Below, piece by piece: positions 1 through 10,355 of a DNA stretch of 64,000 nt. Location: assembly GCA_046538485.1 (NCBI GenBank), contig JBKHIT010000005.1, forward strand, positions 1 through 64,000, in the 5' to 3' direction. The notes under the pieces are model-generated. The model was not told the origin of the DNA and made no database searches. It saw only the letters and a list, made by a program, of their open reading frames with translations. The stretch comes from Candidatus Brocadiia bacterium (GTDB lineage Bacteria; Planctomycetota; Brocadiia; SM23-32). Numbering within the stretch: the stretch's first letter is position 1; the number at the start of each line of letters is the position of its first letter. The position numbers and the translations under genes are program-made.

Positions 1-63
1 TCCCCCGAACCGCTAACCCCGGGCTCCCCCGAACAGCCCGGGATCGCCCGGGGCTACGTCTGC

Positions 64-115
64 TCCGGCCCTACGGGCCTCTTTTGGAACGGCACTCGAC
101 ACGCTAAACGCGTAC
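64..115. repeat. 52-bp dispersed repeat (family F), copy 1; second copy at 41949-42000
   Basis: tccggccctacgggcctcttttggaacggcactcgacacgctaaacgcgtac matches 41949-42000 at 49/52. Both copies are preceded by a cgggctac-type REP-like end. Confidence 0.85.
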
Positions 116-128
116 CGGCCGCAGGCCG

Positions 129-926
129 CTACTGTCCCCAACAATCATCCAGCGCAAGAGAGATATGCCGAAGCCCCAGTTTCTGCGCTTCGGATGCAAC
201 ACCATACCCGAATCCATGTCCCACACCCGGTAGAACCACCAGCCGCGAACTACCCCCAGTTTCCAGCAGCGCACGGTGCATTTCCGTGGAATGCCTCAGG
301 GGAATCGTCTCGTCGGCGTCCCCGTGGACGAACAAGAACGGAGGTTCTCCCCCGGTGATACGGTCCAGCGGCGTATACGTTTGGAAAAGATTTGGATTCT
401 CATCATATTCACATCCGAGCATTGCGCGGGCGGTATCGTTGAAATAACCTTTAACCGGCCCACGATCATAGAGAGATAGGACCGGACAGTAGCAGATCGC
501 GAAATCCGGGCGGGTATGGCGATTTTCAATTTCATTACTGATACCAAGCGTATCGTCATCTCCGATAGTCGCGAGCATGGCCACGAGGTGACCGCCGGCG
601 GACGAACCGAGGGTCGCAATCCGATCGACTCGGAAATCGTATTCGTTGCTGTGTCTGCGGAACACGGCCATGGCCAGGCGGACGTCTTCGATCATATCTT
701 CAAAACTGTTTTCCGGGCCGAGTCGGTATTCGGCGGACGCGCAGGTGTAGCCTTTTTCGCAGAAATGTTCCGCCACGGTGTGCCACTGTTCTTTGGACCC
801 GCCGCTCCATCCGCCGCCGTGGATTCCAAGAAGTGCTCTGCCGTTGGGAACGTCGGGAAAGAACCAGTCGATCCGCCTCCGTTCCTGATATTTCTCGCTG
901 TAAGGTTCGTTGAGAATCTTCTTCAT
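129..926 (-). CDS. alpha/beta hydrolase, carbohydrate esterase/lipase (HSL-like, BD-FAE type)
   Basis: HGGGW oxyanion motif, GSSAGGHL nucleophile elbow, HGDAD and GHGF catalytic Asp/His. Start overlaps the upstream stop. Confidence 0.9.
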   Translation of the reverse strand: MKKILNEPYSEKYQERRRIDWFFPDVPNGRALLGIHGGGWSGGSKEQWHTVAEHFCEKGYTCASAEYRLGPENSFEDMIEDVRLAMAVFRRHSNEYDFRVDRIATLGSSAGGHLVAMLATIGDDDTLGISNEIENRHTRPDFAICYCPVLSLYDRGPVKGYFNDTARAMLGCEYDENPNLFQTYTPLDRITGGEPPFLFVHGDADETIPLRHSTEMHRALLETGGSSRLVVLPGVGHGFGYGVASEAQKLGLRHISLALDDCWGQ

Positions 927-3900
927 TATTTTGAGAACTCCTTGCTTTTTGCCGGGCCTTCACTCTCTATCTTGCGGTCGGCATACTCGAGTTTGCCTTT
1001 GGCCGCAAGGGTCAGGGTGACCGTATTTTCGCGCACCTGCACCACACCGGCCGTGCCGGAGAACTTTACACTGCCCTTCTGCCAGGTTGTTCTTTCCGGT
1101 GCCAGAAAGGCATAATCGATTCCCTCGCTGTGTGTGACTTTGAGCCCCGCGTCTTCAGCGATGGATTCGAAATCGGGGGATGGTTGCTTTCGAAAACGCG
1201 GACAGAGCGCCCAGATGACAGGTTTTTGGGGAGAAATCGGAAGTTTGAGCCCGTATTGCGTCATGACTTCCGCGCCGCGTTTCCCGGTAGCCGCGCATTT
1301 CACCGACAGTTTGCGGGCCTCAATCCGGTCGCTGAGTGCATTCGGGGACGTCGGCCCTTCTTCCTCGATCACTAGATCTTCTTCAGCGTCGAGCATACTG
1401 TCATCCCCTGGATCAAGAGCATCCGCAGAGGTCGGTCCCTTGTTGATTGCTTTTGCGGTGGACCATTCCTTGTTGGTCAGGCGCGGGAATTCGCCCGCCC
1501 GGCCGTTCGCGAACCATATATCGCAGTCGACATCGTCGGTGCCTTTTTGCACGACGACTTCATCTTTGAGACGCGGCAGCTCTTCGGTGTAGAGCCAGTA
1601 CCACCAGCTGGAGGATTTTGTCTCCGGTTCCAACCAATCCCGGAGCAGGAACCACGTTGGTCCCTTGGCTTTCTTGCTTTTGATGAACAGAATTTGCCGA
1701 TGGGATCCAGATTGTTTCCCGTGCAGATAATCGGCGGCTGGTGACAGACTGTTCTCGATCATGCGTCCCGAATGTCCGAGGAGCACCCGGTTGTGATGCC
1801 AGCTCGGCATGTGGCCGGCGTAGCCCCAGTCGGAGCTGAGGATCCGGCCTTTCCCCCAGAGCTGGAAACTGCCCATATCCCGATCATAGTGGTGGAGCCA
1901 CGGTCCGATACGATACGGCATGTACGTTTCGCGCTCTGAGGGGAAGTGACTGCGCAGAACCGCTCCGAATTTCGGGAAGATTTCGCTCGACAGATCCAGG
2001 GATTTTTCGGCGTGCCATTCGGGATCGAGAAGCATATGGGCGTGCCAGTGGATACCGGCATCGCCGCCGACTCCCATGTTTTCCGGCTGGCCCTGTTGCT
2101 GCCACATCCACTGCATAGATTCAGCGAAATCGGGATCTTTTTCCTGCCATATCGATGCCATCAGACCGAACTGGCTGCTGGTTTCGAACGTGTAGGTGTT
2201 CCCGATGGGCGGCAGGTGACGCCGTTTGTCAAAGCGTCGATCCGGGGGAGTCGAAAGTTTGGCCAGGAACCGAACCGCCTGCCGGAGCCGTTTGTCATAG
2301 ACGATGTCGGACAGCCCGGCGTGCCGGGCCGCGAGACCGAACCACATGAATCCGTCCATGGCAGCGCCCTGGTAATGGGGGGCTTCGGCCCACCCGCCGT
2401 TCGGCCCCGAAAGTTGATGCAGATCGCGTTTCATGCGCGAGACGGTATAATCGGTCCATTGTGACACATCGGGATGGTCGGCGACGGTCATTGCGCACAT
2501 GCCGACGCCAATGTAGGTGAAGATCGACATGTTCGGGAAATTGCGCAGTCTTTTTGTGTGATTGATGACGCTGGGGTCGGAGGCGCGGTAGCACAGGAAA
2601 GCCAGCCGTGCGCGCAGGCAGCCTTTCTGGGATTCGGTCAGGGCGTCGGTCCCGAGCATGAAGTCCGAACCGGCAGCGGCTTTGTACAATGCCTGTCCCA
2701 ATTCGTGCGGTGCCTGGTTCTCGGCCACGACACGGCAGTGGCCTTTCCGCGGCAAAAACCAGCTCATCGGGTATCTGGCGAGCCCCATTGCGGCCTCTCG
2801 GCCTTCATCAGCACCTTTTTCTCGAGCCGCCGGATCGCGGTTGAAATAATAGCGGGAAATCACGCCGCGTGAACCCCATAGCATCTTCGCTTCCTGAGCA
2901 CGTTCGGACGGGTAGTTTTCGTAGGTTTCGCGATCGAAGATGAGCGAGGGATGAGGACGTTCGGTCGGCCAGCCCAGTTTCATCTTCTGGATCATGGCCA
3001 GCGAAGTGCCGAGATGTTTCGCATAGAGTTTCTGGGGCAGGGCGACTTCCGCGTCCGGGACGATGACATCGCGCAATTTTCCGCTGCCGATCAGCCACTC
3101 TCGCCCGATCCGATTGATAGGCATTCGGAGATGCAGATCCCCTTCGGCGTCGATGCGGGCCGGCATACTGGCCCGACCGATTCCATTTTCGCCTTTCCGG
3201 GCCCATTTCGCCGGTCGACCCACCGCGACGATCAGAGCGTTTTGCTGCAGCTCCGGAACGCCGTCGGCTTTTTTGGGTTCATCGGAGATCCCCAGATCGT
3301 CGGAAAGGTCGCCCAGCCTTTCTTCATTTTTCTGTGGGGTTTTTGGCTCTGGAGAGCTGGTCCGTTTCAGCCCATCGTCTTCATGCAGATAACGGACGTC
3401 TTTCGGGAGGTGAAAAAATGCGGCCGCGGGTGAGGCTTTGCCGGACCACCAGGTGTACCAGGCGGTCAAATTTACTTTCCCGCCTTTGGCGGCGGGGAAT
3501 CGTTCCACGTGATGACTTCCCCGTGGCGAAGATGATCCGACACATACCCGGTAGAGGCTGCGGTTGATCGGCCGTTCGGGACCGAGTCTGAGTGACAGTG
3601 ACCAGCGGGCTTTTGACTTCGGACCGAGCGACGAGGATTCACTGATCAGGATGGCCGGTTCGCCGGCGATAATCCGTATTACGACCTTCCAGTCTTTGCC
3701 TTCGTTAAATACGTAGTGACAGATTGCTTCGGCGAAAACCGGGCCGCGGTGTCGTATCTCAAGGTTGTATTCAGTCGGGGCTTCTGGAGTTTGGAGTTTT
3801 CCGTTTCCCGTCCATGCGGATCCGGGCAGCTTTATCCCGACGATGGGTCCGTTTTTTGCTGATTCCGGCGTTTTCGGAATGCGCACGGCAATATGGCTGT

Positions 3901-4282
3901 TTGAGAATTCTACAAAGTTGCCGTGCTTCGAGTCCCCGACGGCGAGATCTGTTTTCGGCGTCGTCGTCGAAGATTGCACGAGTGAAAAAGTTCGGGTTTC
4001 CAGAGGATTCAGATCCGTGACGAGGGCAATTCTGTCATTGCCGGTGCGTTGGAAAGGGATAGCCTGCCCGTCCTGGCCCTGCAGCTGGATGTTTTTGTCC
4101 GGCAGATGGGGTGTTTTAAAATAAACCAGTTCGTGTTTGAAACTGACATTGAGGTGCTCTTTGATCTGAAGTTTTTGGAGCGGGGTTTCCGTTTCCGCAG
4201 CATGAGTTCGGGAAATCGGCAGGCAAATAATTCCCAGCACCGAGAAAAACAGTAGTAAAATCGCGGGACTTGTATGTTTCAT
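926..4282 (-). CDS. large secreted heparinase II/III-like putative polysaccharide lyase (unclassified)
   Basis: Start refined to MKHTSP (GGAG RBS, signal peptide ending ..THA). Helical region with NFPNM and GGWAEAPHYQ, then Hepar_II_III-like GAVLRS..HHYDRDMGSFQLWGKG..HNRV. Paralog of 6905-10177. Confidence 0.65.
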   Translation of the reverse strand: MKHTSPAILLLFFSVLGIICLPISRTHAAETETPLQKLQIKEHLNVSFKHELVYFKTPHLPDKNIQLQGQDGQAIPFQRTGNDRIALVTDLNPLETRTFSLVQSSTTTPKTDLAVGDSKHGNFVEFSNSHIAVRIPKTPESAKNGPIVGIKLPGSAWTGNGKLQTPEAPTEYNLEIRHRGPVFAEAICHYVFNEGKDWKVVIRIIAGEPAILISESSSLGPKSKARWSLSLRLGPERPINRSLYRVCVGSSSPRGSHHVERFPAAKGGKVNLTAWYTWWSGKASPAAAFFHLPKDVRYLHEDDGLKRTSSPEPKTPQKNEERLGDLSDDLGISDEPKKADGVPELQQNALIVAVGRPAKWARKGENGIGRASMPARIDAEGDLHLRMPINRIGREWLIGSGKLRDVIVPDAEVALPQKLYAKHLGTSLAMIQKMKLGWPTERPHPSLIFDRETYENYPSERAQEAKMLWGSRGVISRYYFNRDPAAREKGADEGREAAMGLARYPMSWFLPRKGHCRVVAENQAPHELGQALYKAAAGSDFMLGTDALTESQKGCLRARLAFLCYRASDPSVINHTKRLRNFPNMSIFTYIGVGMCAMTVADHPDVSQWTDYTVSRMKRDLHQLSGPNGGWAEAPHYQGAAMDGFMWFGLAARHAGLSDIVYDKRLRQAVRFLAKLSTPPDRRFDKRRHLPPIGNTYTFETSSQFGLMASIWQEKDPDFAESMQWMWQQQGQPENMGVGGDAGIHWHAHMLLDPEWHAEKSLDLSSEIFPKFGAVLRSHFPSERETYMPYRIGPWLHHYDRDMGSFQLWGKGRILSSDWGYAGHMPSWHHNRVLLGHSGRMIENSLSPAADYLHGKQSGSHRQILFIKSKKAKGPTWFLLRDWLEPETKSSSWWYWLYTEELPRLKDEVVVQKGTDDVDCDIWFANGRAGEFPRLTNKEWSTAKAINKGPTSADALDPGDDSMLDAEEDLVIEEEGPTSPNALSDRIEARKLSVKCAATGKRGAEVMTQYGLKLPISPQKPVIWALCPRFRKQPSPDFESIAEDAGLKVTHSEGIDYAFLAPERTTWQKGSVKFSGTAGVVQVRENTVTLTLAAKGKLEYADRKIESEGPAKSKEFSK

Positions 4283-4386
4283 GACTCCATCTGTTGGTTT
4301 TGCAGAAACGTGCAAGAACAAAGTCGTGTTTCGCATATACATAACTATACAGTGAGCTGCCATGACTCGCACCCGCACGCCGCTGA

Positions 4387-4518
4387 GCGGACTGGACTTC
4401 AGAACGCGGCACAATTTGTGCGAATCTGCGCGCACCGTGACATGTCTCAAACACTGCCCGTCTCAAGTCCAGTTTCGCCCGCCGGTGGCGGGCTCAGCTG
4501 AACTCGAACCTCGGTTCC
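4387..4518. repeat. ~130-bp structured dispersed element (family A), copy 1
   Basis: Homologous to 10786-10904 and 42034-42177. Inverted ctggacttcag/ctcaagtccag pair and GCCCGCC-nnn-GGCGGGC hairpin. Confidence 0.85.
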
Positions 4519-4553
4519 CCGGGAGCCTGTGGAAGCGGCCGCCGGCCGCTACT

Positions 4554-6902
4554 CTATTCCAGCATAAAAATCCGCGTGTCGGGACTTCGAAGCTTCAGTT
4601 CGATTTCTGAGACCGGTCTGTCTTCGAAGGCCTGTCCCGTCACGGCATCCGTGACCTGGCACTCACGCGGGAGACTGAGACGACGTTCACCTTCTTTCGC
4701 CGTATGAATGGCGGCCATGGTCCGGTTTGCATAAACTATGTCGTTCTCTTCGCACCAGATATGGCTTCCTGCGAATCGCGCAGCCGCGCGCAGAAGATCA
4801 GCCGGCAATGGCAGCGCCGCGCTCCAAATTATGGCATAATCTCGAGGACCCCTCTCCCGGCCCTTACCGTTATCAAGGGCGCCGCGGCCGTTTTCACGGA
4901 CGAACAGACCGGTATGATTGGTGAACCAGCAGGCGTTGGCGTGCCCCAGCGCATGACACTCCGATTCCTCCAGCGCATCGACTTTCGGCAGGAGCAGGGG
5001 ACCGTAGGGCATGGAGTCGCCGTAGACAAGATTCGCCGGCAGCTCGGCTGTGATCGGGTGCCCGCGGTGTCGCACCACGACGTGTCGGACAGTTGTGCGA
5101 GGGAGAAGTTCCATCTCGACGCCGAGCAGTTTGCTGGCACCCGATGCGCTCAGATGCGAGCCATCGGTGATGCCGGTGGCCGGACCGAATATTGCCACGT
5201 TGCCGTCCCGCAGAACTTTTCTATCAAGAAGTGCCTGAACCTGATCCGTCACCCGGAAAAGATTCGGAAAGAACCACGTGTGATAGTCCGGTAAATCCTG
5301 TTTTTGCAAATCGCTGAGCAGGTAGATCCGATAGGGCACTCCGCAGTGGGCCAGCCCGCGGACCCGCTGGATGATCAGCGCCAGCGTCTGGAACCCTGAT
5401 GTGAAATCTTCGTAAATGGGGCCGGTGTCATCAATGACAAAAGCGATGGCATTTTCTGTTTCTTCGTATGGATGTTCGTGAAGTCGGTCGACCGTTTCTG
5501 TGAGTTGCTGGATTTCATCCTGGATGGTTGGATTGTGGAAATATGCCGATCCGACGTTGCACCAGTATCCGTGCAGCCCCCGCGACGCCACCATCGCCGT
5601 ATTTCGGCGGAGTCCCGCCCGCATTTTCTGCGGTGTTCGAAACGCCCCTTGATCCTTGATCCCTGCGCCGACATAAGTGCGGGCGTCGTTTTCGACGAAT
5701 GCTATTTTGCCCCGCAACGCGAAGGAATCCGTCAACCCCTCCGATTCATATCCAAAACCGGTGGTCCGCGCGTAGTAGTCGGCCGGATTCCATACGGTTT
5801 CGACGGCGGGATCGTCCAGCAACTCGCCGACGTCCCAGGATCCGGTCAGTGCGAACATGTTGGGGAAACTCTGGCCATCGCCGATCCCATCGAAAGACAG
5901 CTGGATCTGCCAGCCGATCTGGGGCTGCTTGATGGCATCGAGCCCGAAAACCCGTTCGACGTCCAGCTCCCGAAAACATTCCTTTGCCGTCCCGTAAATT
6001 GTGCGCAGCCAGTTGAGATAATTGTCGCGCATGAACCGGCAGTAATCGCGTTCCCGAGCGGCATTTTTCTCCTCGACCCAGTGGAACAAACCACGATTGG
6101 ACACGTCGCAGTTAGTATCCAACCCATCGGGTTCGAGAAGCTCACCTCCGATTGAAGGTCGAGCCGTTCGGCGTTTTTCCAGCCATTCGCTGTCACGGGG
6201 GATTTCCACCGCTTCAAAATCCAGACCGGGTTCTCCCCACGCTTTCTCCAGCCCTTTCGGATTATCATATTTTTCCTGAAGCCACCGACGAAATGCCCGC
6301 CTGTTGGCCGGGGAGCGGTCGAACATTTTCCCGGCAATATTCAGGGGCAAAATACCTTCTCCGATCGGCATGCCGAGGTAACCGACGATATGAGACGCCC
6401 AGGCCTGATTTTCGCAGAAACCGATCAGAATTTTCAGATATTTTCGTAGCTGATTGTGATAGCGCTCCGATGACAGGCTTGGTTGCCGGTAGGTTTCGCC
6501 GTCTTCATCGATCTGCATGTCATCCGGATGTTTTTTCGTGAACGCTTCCGGGGGAGCCGTCATCAATTTGATGAAAAATTGCGCGTCCGAACAACGTTCC
6601 AGCACAAATCCGGCCTGATTCCCGAGTGACCAGCGGTGTTCAGCGTCGCTTTCCGGGAACGTGTTATCGTCCGTCCAGAAGGCGGAGTCGTAGAAATCGT
6701 CCGCGCCGATCCGGCTGCCGTTTGCGACGCGGAGGTGAAAGATCTTCACGCCGCTTTCAATGAATTCAGCGATTCGCTCTTCCCATTCTTCACCCAGAAT
6801 ATAGTCGCAGTAGACGGCCTGGGAACTGATTTCGTCGCCACGGACGATTGTGGGGCGTCCCTGAACCTGCTGAATTGGTGAGAGCGACTGGTTTTTCGGC
6901 AT
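4554..6902 (-). CDS. GH42/beta-galactosidase-like clan GH-A glycoside hydrolase
   Basis: AFRRWLQEKY..LEKAWG segment, G..GE acid/base-like and ENDART nucleophile-like motifs, C-terminal trimerisation-like domain (GVPYRIYLLSDL..FFPN). No signal peptide. Confidence 0.6.
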   Translation of the reverse strand: MPKNQSLSPIQQVQGRPTIVRGDEISSQAVYCDYILGEEWEERIAEFIESGVKIFHLRVANGSRIGADDFYDSAFWTDDNTFPESDAEHRWSLGNQAGFVLERCSDAQFFIKLMTAPPEAFTKKHPDDMQIDEDGETYRQPSLSSERYHNQLRKYLKILIGFCENQAWASHIVGYLGMPIGEGILPLNIAGKMFDRSPANRRAFRRWLQEKYDNPKGLEKAWGEPGLDFEAVEIPRDSEWLEKRRTARPSIGGELLEPDGLDTNCDVSNRGLFHWVEEKNAARERDYCRFMRDNYLNWLRTIYGTAKECFRELDVERVFGLDAIKQPQIGWQIQLSFDGIGDGQSFPNMFALTGSWDVGELLDDPAVETVWNPADYYARTTGFGYESEGLTDSFALRGKIAFVENDARTYVGAGIKDQGAFRTPQKMRAGLRRNTAMVASRGLHGYWCNVGSAYFHNPTIQDEIQQLTETVDRLHEHPYEETENAIAFVIDDTGPIYEDFTSGFQTLALIIQRVRGLAHCGVPYRIYLLSDLQKQDLPDYHTWFFPNLFRVTDQVQALLDRKVLRDGNVAIFGPATGITDGSHLSASGASKLLGVEMELLPRTTVRHVVVRHRGHPITAELPANLVYGDSMPYGPLLLPKVDALEESECHALGHANACWFTNHTGLFVRENGRGALDNGKGRERGPRDYAIIWSAALPLPADLLRAAARFAGSHIWCEENDIVYANRTMAAIHTAKEGERRLSLPRECQVTDAVTGQAFEDRPVSEIELKLRSPDTRIFMLE

Positions 6903-6904
6903 GT

Positions 6905-9900
6905 TTATTCCACCGTCAATCGGGTGTCATCGGCAAGCGGGGTCGTCTTTGTCTTGCCGTTCGCGATGGTGACACGGAAGGGACCATTGGCGGAGATCTT
7001 TTTACCGGCGGCTTTGATTTTTGTCTTTCCATCCGCACCGAGGATCACTGTCCTGCCGTCTTTATACGATCGAAGGGCGCCCGCGCGACCCTGAAATGTG
7101 ATATCTTTGCTAGTGAAGTGCACCGGGTGAGCGCCGAGAATCACGACATCCCGGGACAATGATGTCTCGACTTCCACCGCGTGATCGCCGAGGCGCTTGA
7201 AACGGGCCGGAGGATCGTTTTCCTTCAGGCGGGGGTAGAGGACCGTCATGTAATTTTCACCGGGGCCCTGTTCCAATCTCAGCAGCATCTGCTCTTCCCA
7301 CAGTTTGCCTTCGGGGAACTTCGTCTTGTCCCATTTGAACAGCGCGCCGTACTGCTGACACTGATGTCCGTAGGTGTCGGTATGCGGCTCGAATTTTCGG
7401 GGTGTGTGGACGAACACGTCCATATTGACCTCCTGCTGACCTTCGTAGTGCAGGACGTTGCCCTCGCGTTCCATATTCTCGGCGAGGAACCAGAAATTGG
7501 CTTCTGTTGGGAGCGTCGGCGTGCCGCCGAACCCGTCGGCGATGACGAAATAGTTAGGACCTCTGGGATCGGCGTCTTTCAGGAACATCACCTGCCGGTA
7601 CCACCGGGTCAGGGGGATATCCTCTATGTTTTTCTTGAAAGGACCCCAGTTCTGCCGCTCTTTCTGGGTCCATTTTCGTTTTTCGTTCAGGTCGGGGTAC
7701 TCGCTGTTCAGGGGGCTGACCTGGTCGACTTCCCGCCACGCGCGCAGATAGTCCATCTCCGGCGCGAGAGCCACGGCTTCCACGGCGGTTTCGTTGCGTT
7801 CGGACGTCTCCACTTTCATGTCGAAACTCACCCGATTGCGTAACCACGGTCGGCAGAACATGGGGAAATAGCCGTTGGCGAAATTGAGATTGATGGGCTG
7901 GCCCTTGGCGTAGAGCGTGTAAATCATCTGGTCGGTCTCCCATTCGTAATGCCCGTCGCAATCGCCGGCGCGGAACCGCAGGAGGGTCTCATAATCGGAG
8001 CCGAAGCCGTGCCGGAACGATACCCCGTCGCCTTTGTAGAAGGTACTTTTCAGTTCGGGACGTTTGTCGTCCACGATTTCCAGTTTTTTGCCCTCCGGAT
8101 AGGTCTGGTTGGCAACCCACTGCAGTTCGCGAGCGAGTTTCGGGTGGCGGTCTTTGAAATACCGAACCAGCGGTTCGGTCATCGATTTCGGGAATGACTG
8201 GTAAGAGCAATTTCCCAGGGGCAGAACCGTGCGATTGTAAAAGTAGCGCGGATCGGGCGGTGTAAGCCAATCGAACGTGAAACGGATGACCTTCCGAAAA
8301 CGTTGGGTGTCGAAGACATCGGGCAGACCGTTGGCCATCATCTTTTCATTGATAGGGGCGATGAAACCGAGGGTGGCGCCGAGGACGTAGTGAGGGTTCT
8401 CATAGGTCGCTCCCGAGGGCCGCGTGTAGCGCTCGAAAAAGGCCTGGAGCAGTTTTGTCGTGCGCGCTCCCCAGGTCTTGTATTCGGGATGATCTTTGAC
8501 CAGCAGACTCGACAGAAAACGCGCTTCGCAGGCCATGACTGTCATGTTCGGATTGTTCAAATGGAACCCCGTGCCGTAGGGGAAACTGGCCAGACTGTTG
8601 ATGTAGGAGGCGTTGAAAGCGGCCAGCCGACGCAACTCGCGCCGGTCTTCTTTGGTCAGAGCGGATCGATCGTCCATGACTTTCTGGATATCCCCGTAAC
8701 GGCCGTGGGCGAAACCGTAGTGGAGTCCCATCGAGAAAACCCCGAAGTTGCCGTATGTCCGATAGAACCGCAGCCGGTTGCGGAAATAGTCCAGCGCCTT
8801 CTTGCCGGCTTCCGTGGTTTTGTCCGCCCATTCCTTATCGGCCAACGGATCGTGCCAGTCGATGGCCCAGTTTTTCACGCTGTTCAAGCCGAAGATTCCG
8901 CGTTTGCGTGCCGTTTTGAAGAGACTTTTAAGCCCGGCCTGTTTTTCATTTTCAGCTTGCGAGAGCATGATCCCGATCTTGCGACGACAGCGGGAATCCG
9001 GCACGAAGAGCAATTCCCCGGTGTAATTCGGGCTTCCGGCGCCGAAACCGTCGATTCCCCAGTTCTGAGGGTATTTCTGCACCGGGAAACAGGTTTTCAG
9101 CGAATTGTCTTTGTCTTTCTGGAGACGGATGGACAGGGGATTACGCCAGTAGCCGGTGTCGAGTCCGACCAATCCGATAGCATCGCCCTGTTTGCTGACG
9201 ACCCGGAAAGCCGTACCGAGCCGTTGCTGGTTGTGGGGATATCCCGTGAGACTGTACTGAAGACCGGCGGACGTATCGGACGGTTTGTAGCCGTGAGCGG
9301 CGGAGGCGAACCAGTTCGAGCGGACACCGGCCGCTTTGATGAGTTCCTTGTCAACGATGTGTCGGGCAATGGTGCTGAATTTGTCATCTCTGTTGAAACC
9401 GGCGAACCAGACCTCGCTCGGGCTGAAATTTTTGCCTTCCAGGGGCAGCGTGTGGAATCGACCAAAGTCCAGGGCATCAGTTTCGGTGGCACCGGTATCG
9501 AATTCTTCGGTTACGACGATGAGCGGGGAGCCTTTCACGATGCGAATCTTGCAGCGCCAGTAACCGGTGTCGAAGAGGTATTTGAGCGCAACTTCCGCGA
9601 ACAATGGTCCGCGATTGATTATTTTGCTGGCCCAGCTCTTGACTTTGAAGGGAATCTGGAGACTGCCGACTTCAGTTACAGCCCCGGACGGCAGAAGGAA
9701 CCCTTGAATGGGGGCCGGGATGTTCTCAGCGCCTCTCGGCCAGGAATAGGTTTTGCCGGCTTTGGGCACCATCACTCCAATTCGACTTCCTGCGCGCGTC
9801 GTCAACAGGATCGTTTCGGGTTGTTCCTTTATCTCGATACCGGACTGCGGCCGTCTTTTTGCCGGCCAAAACCGAAATGACAGGGATTTATGGGCATCGA

Positions 9901-10177
9901 GGTTGACCATGAGCCAGACTTTCAGGGAGGCGATCGAGCCGTCCTGGTACCGGCGAATATCCGTCACCTGGCAGGGGAAGTTTTTCCCGTTGGCTTTTGC
10001 CTTTAGCCAGGGTTGTTTCAGCTGGCCGGGTTTGTACGAAAGTTCGATGTCGATGAGTTCATCCTGCCATGGAACGCCGAGGTTTTCGGTGATTTTGTAA
10101 GTGCGTGCCGGCGGTTTTGACATTGCCGGGGCGGCGAACAGAGAGACGATGAGAAAAAAACTCAGGTAGAACCGCAT
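6905..10177 (-). CDS. large secreted heparinase II/III-like putative polysaccharide lyase (unclassified)
   Basis: Signal peptide (..FAAPAMS) and GAGGAG RBS. Motifs NNPNM, GATYENPHY, TPPDPR..PLGN, RQVMFLKD..GPNYF are colinear with 926-4282. Confidence 0.65.
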   Translation of the reverse strand: MRFYLSFFLIVSLFAAPAMSKPPARTYKITENLGVPWQDELIDIELSYKPGQLKQPWLKAKANGKNFPCQVTDIRRYQDGSIASLKVWLMVNLDAHKSLSFRFWPAKRRPQSGIEIKEQPETILLTTRAGSRIGVMVPKAGKTYSWPRGAENIPAPIQGFLLPSGAVTEVGSLQIPFKVKSWASKIINRGPLFAEVALKYLFDTGYWRCKIRIVKGSPLIVVTEEFDTGATETDALDFGRFHTLPLEGKNFSPSEVWFAGFNRDDKFSTIARHIVDKELIKAAGVRSNWFASAAHGYKPSDTSAGLQYSLTGYPHNQQRLGTAFRVVSKQGDAIGLVGLDTGYWRNPLSIRLQKDKDNSLKTCFPVQKYPQNWGIDGFGAGSPNYTGELLFVPDSRCRRKIGIMLSQAENEKQAGLKSLFKTARKRGIFGLNSVKNWAIDWHDPLADKEWADKTTEAGKKALDYFRNRLRFYRTYGNFGVFSMGLHYGFAHGRYGDIQKVMDDRSALTKEDRRELRRLAAFNASYINSLASFPYGTGFHLNNPNMTVMACEARFLSSLLVKDHPEYKTWGARTTKLLQAFFERYTRPSGATYENPHYVLGATLGFIAPINEKMMANGLPDVFDTQRFRKVIRFTFDWLTPPDPRYFYNRTVLPLGNCSYQSFPKSMTEPLVRYFKDRHPKLARELQWVANQTYPEGKKLEIVDDKRPELKSTFYKGDGVSFRHGFGSDYETLLRFRAGDCDGHYEWETDQMIYTLYAKGQPINLNFANGYFPMFCRPWLRNRVSFDMKVETSERNETAVEAVALAPEMDYLRAWREVDQVSPLNSEYPDLNEKRKWTQKERQNWGPFKKNIEDIPLTRWYRQVMFLKDADPRGPNYFVIADGFGGTPTLPTEANFWFLAENMEREGNVLHYEGQQEVNMDVFVHTPRKFEPHTDTYGHQCQQYGALFKWDKTKFPEGKLWEEQMLLRLEQGPGENYMTVLYPRLKENDPPARFKRLGDHAVEVETSLSRDVVILGAHPVHFTSKDITFQGRAGALRSYKDGRTVILGADGKTKIKAAGKKISANGPFRVTIANGKTKTTPLADDTRLTVE

Positions 10178-10355
10178 TCTGATCTCCTCATGGGCGTTGG
10201 GTTGCCGAATCGAGAATATCCCCGATGCCGGGGCGTTTCCGAATAGCGAGTTCCGTGGATACTTGCAGGTAATGACGGATTCTGCCCGTCGAATTTAACT
10301 CTCGGGACCCATTTAAATCAAATGGATGCTCTGAGGAGGGATGCCCAATACGCAT

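Noticed and set aside
4283..4450. N-terminal extension of the 1174-aa ORF
   Set aside because: Runs through repeat family A. The RBS and signal peptide indicate a start at 4282.
8303..9880. 525-aa plus-strand ORF
   Set aside because: Antisense shadow of the 6905-10177 gene.
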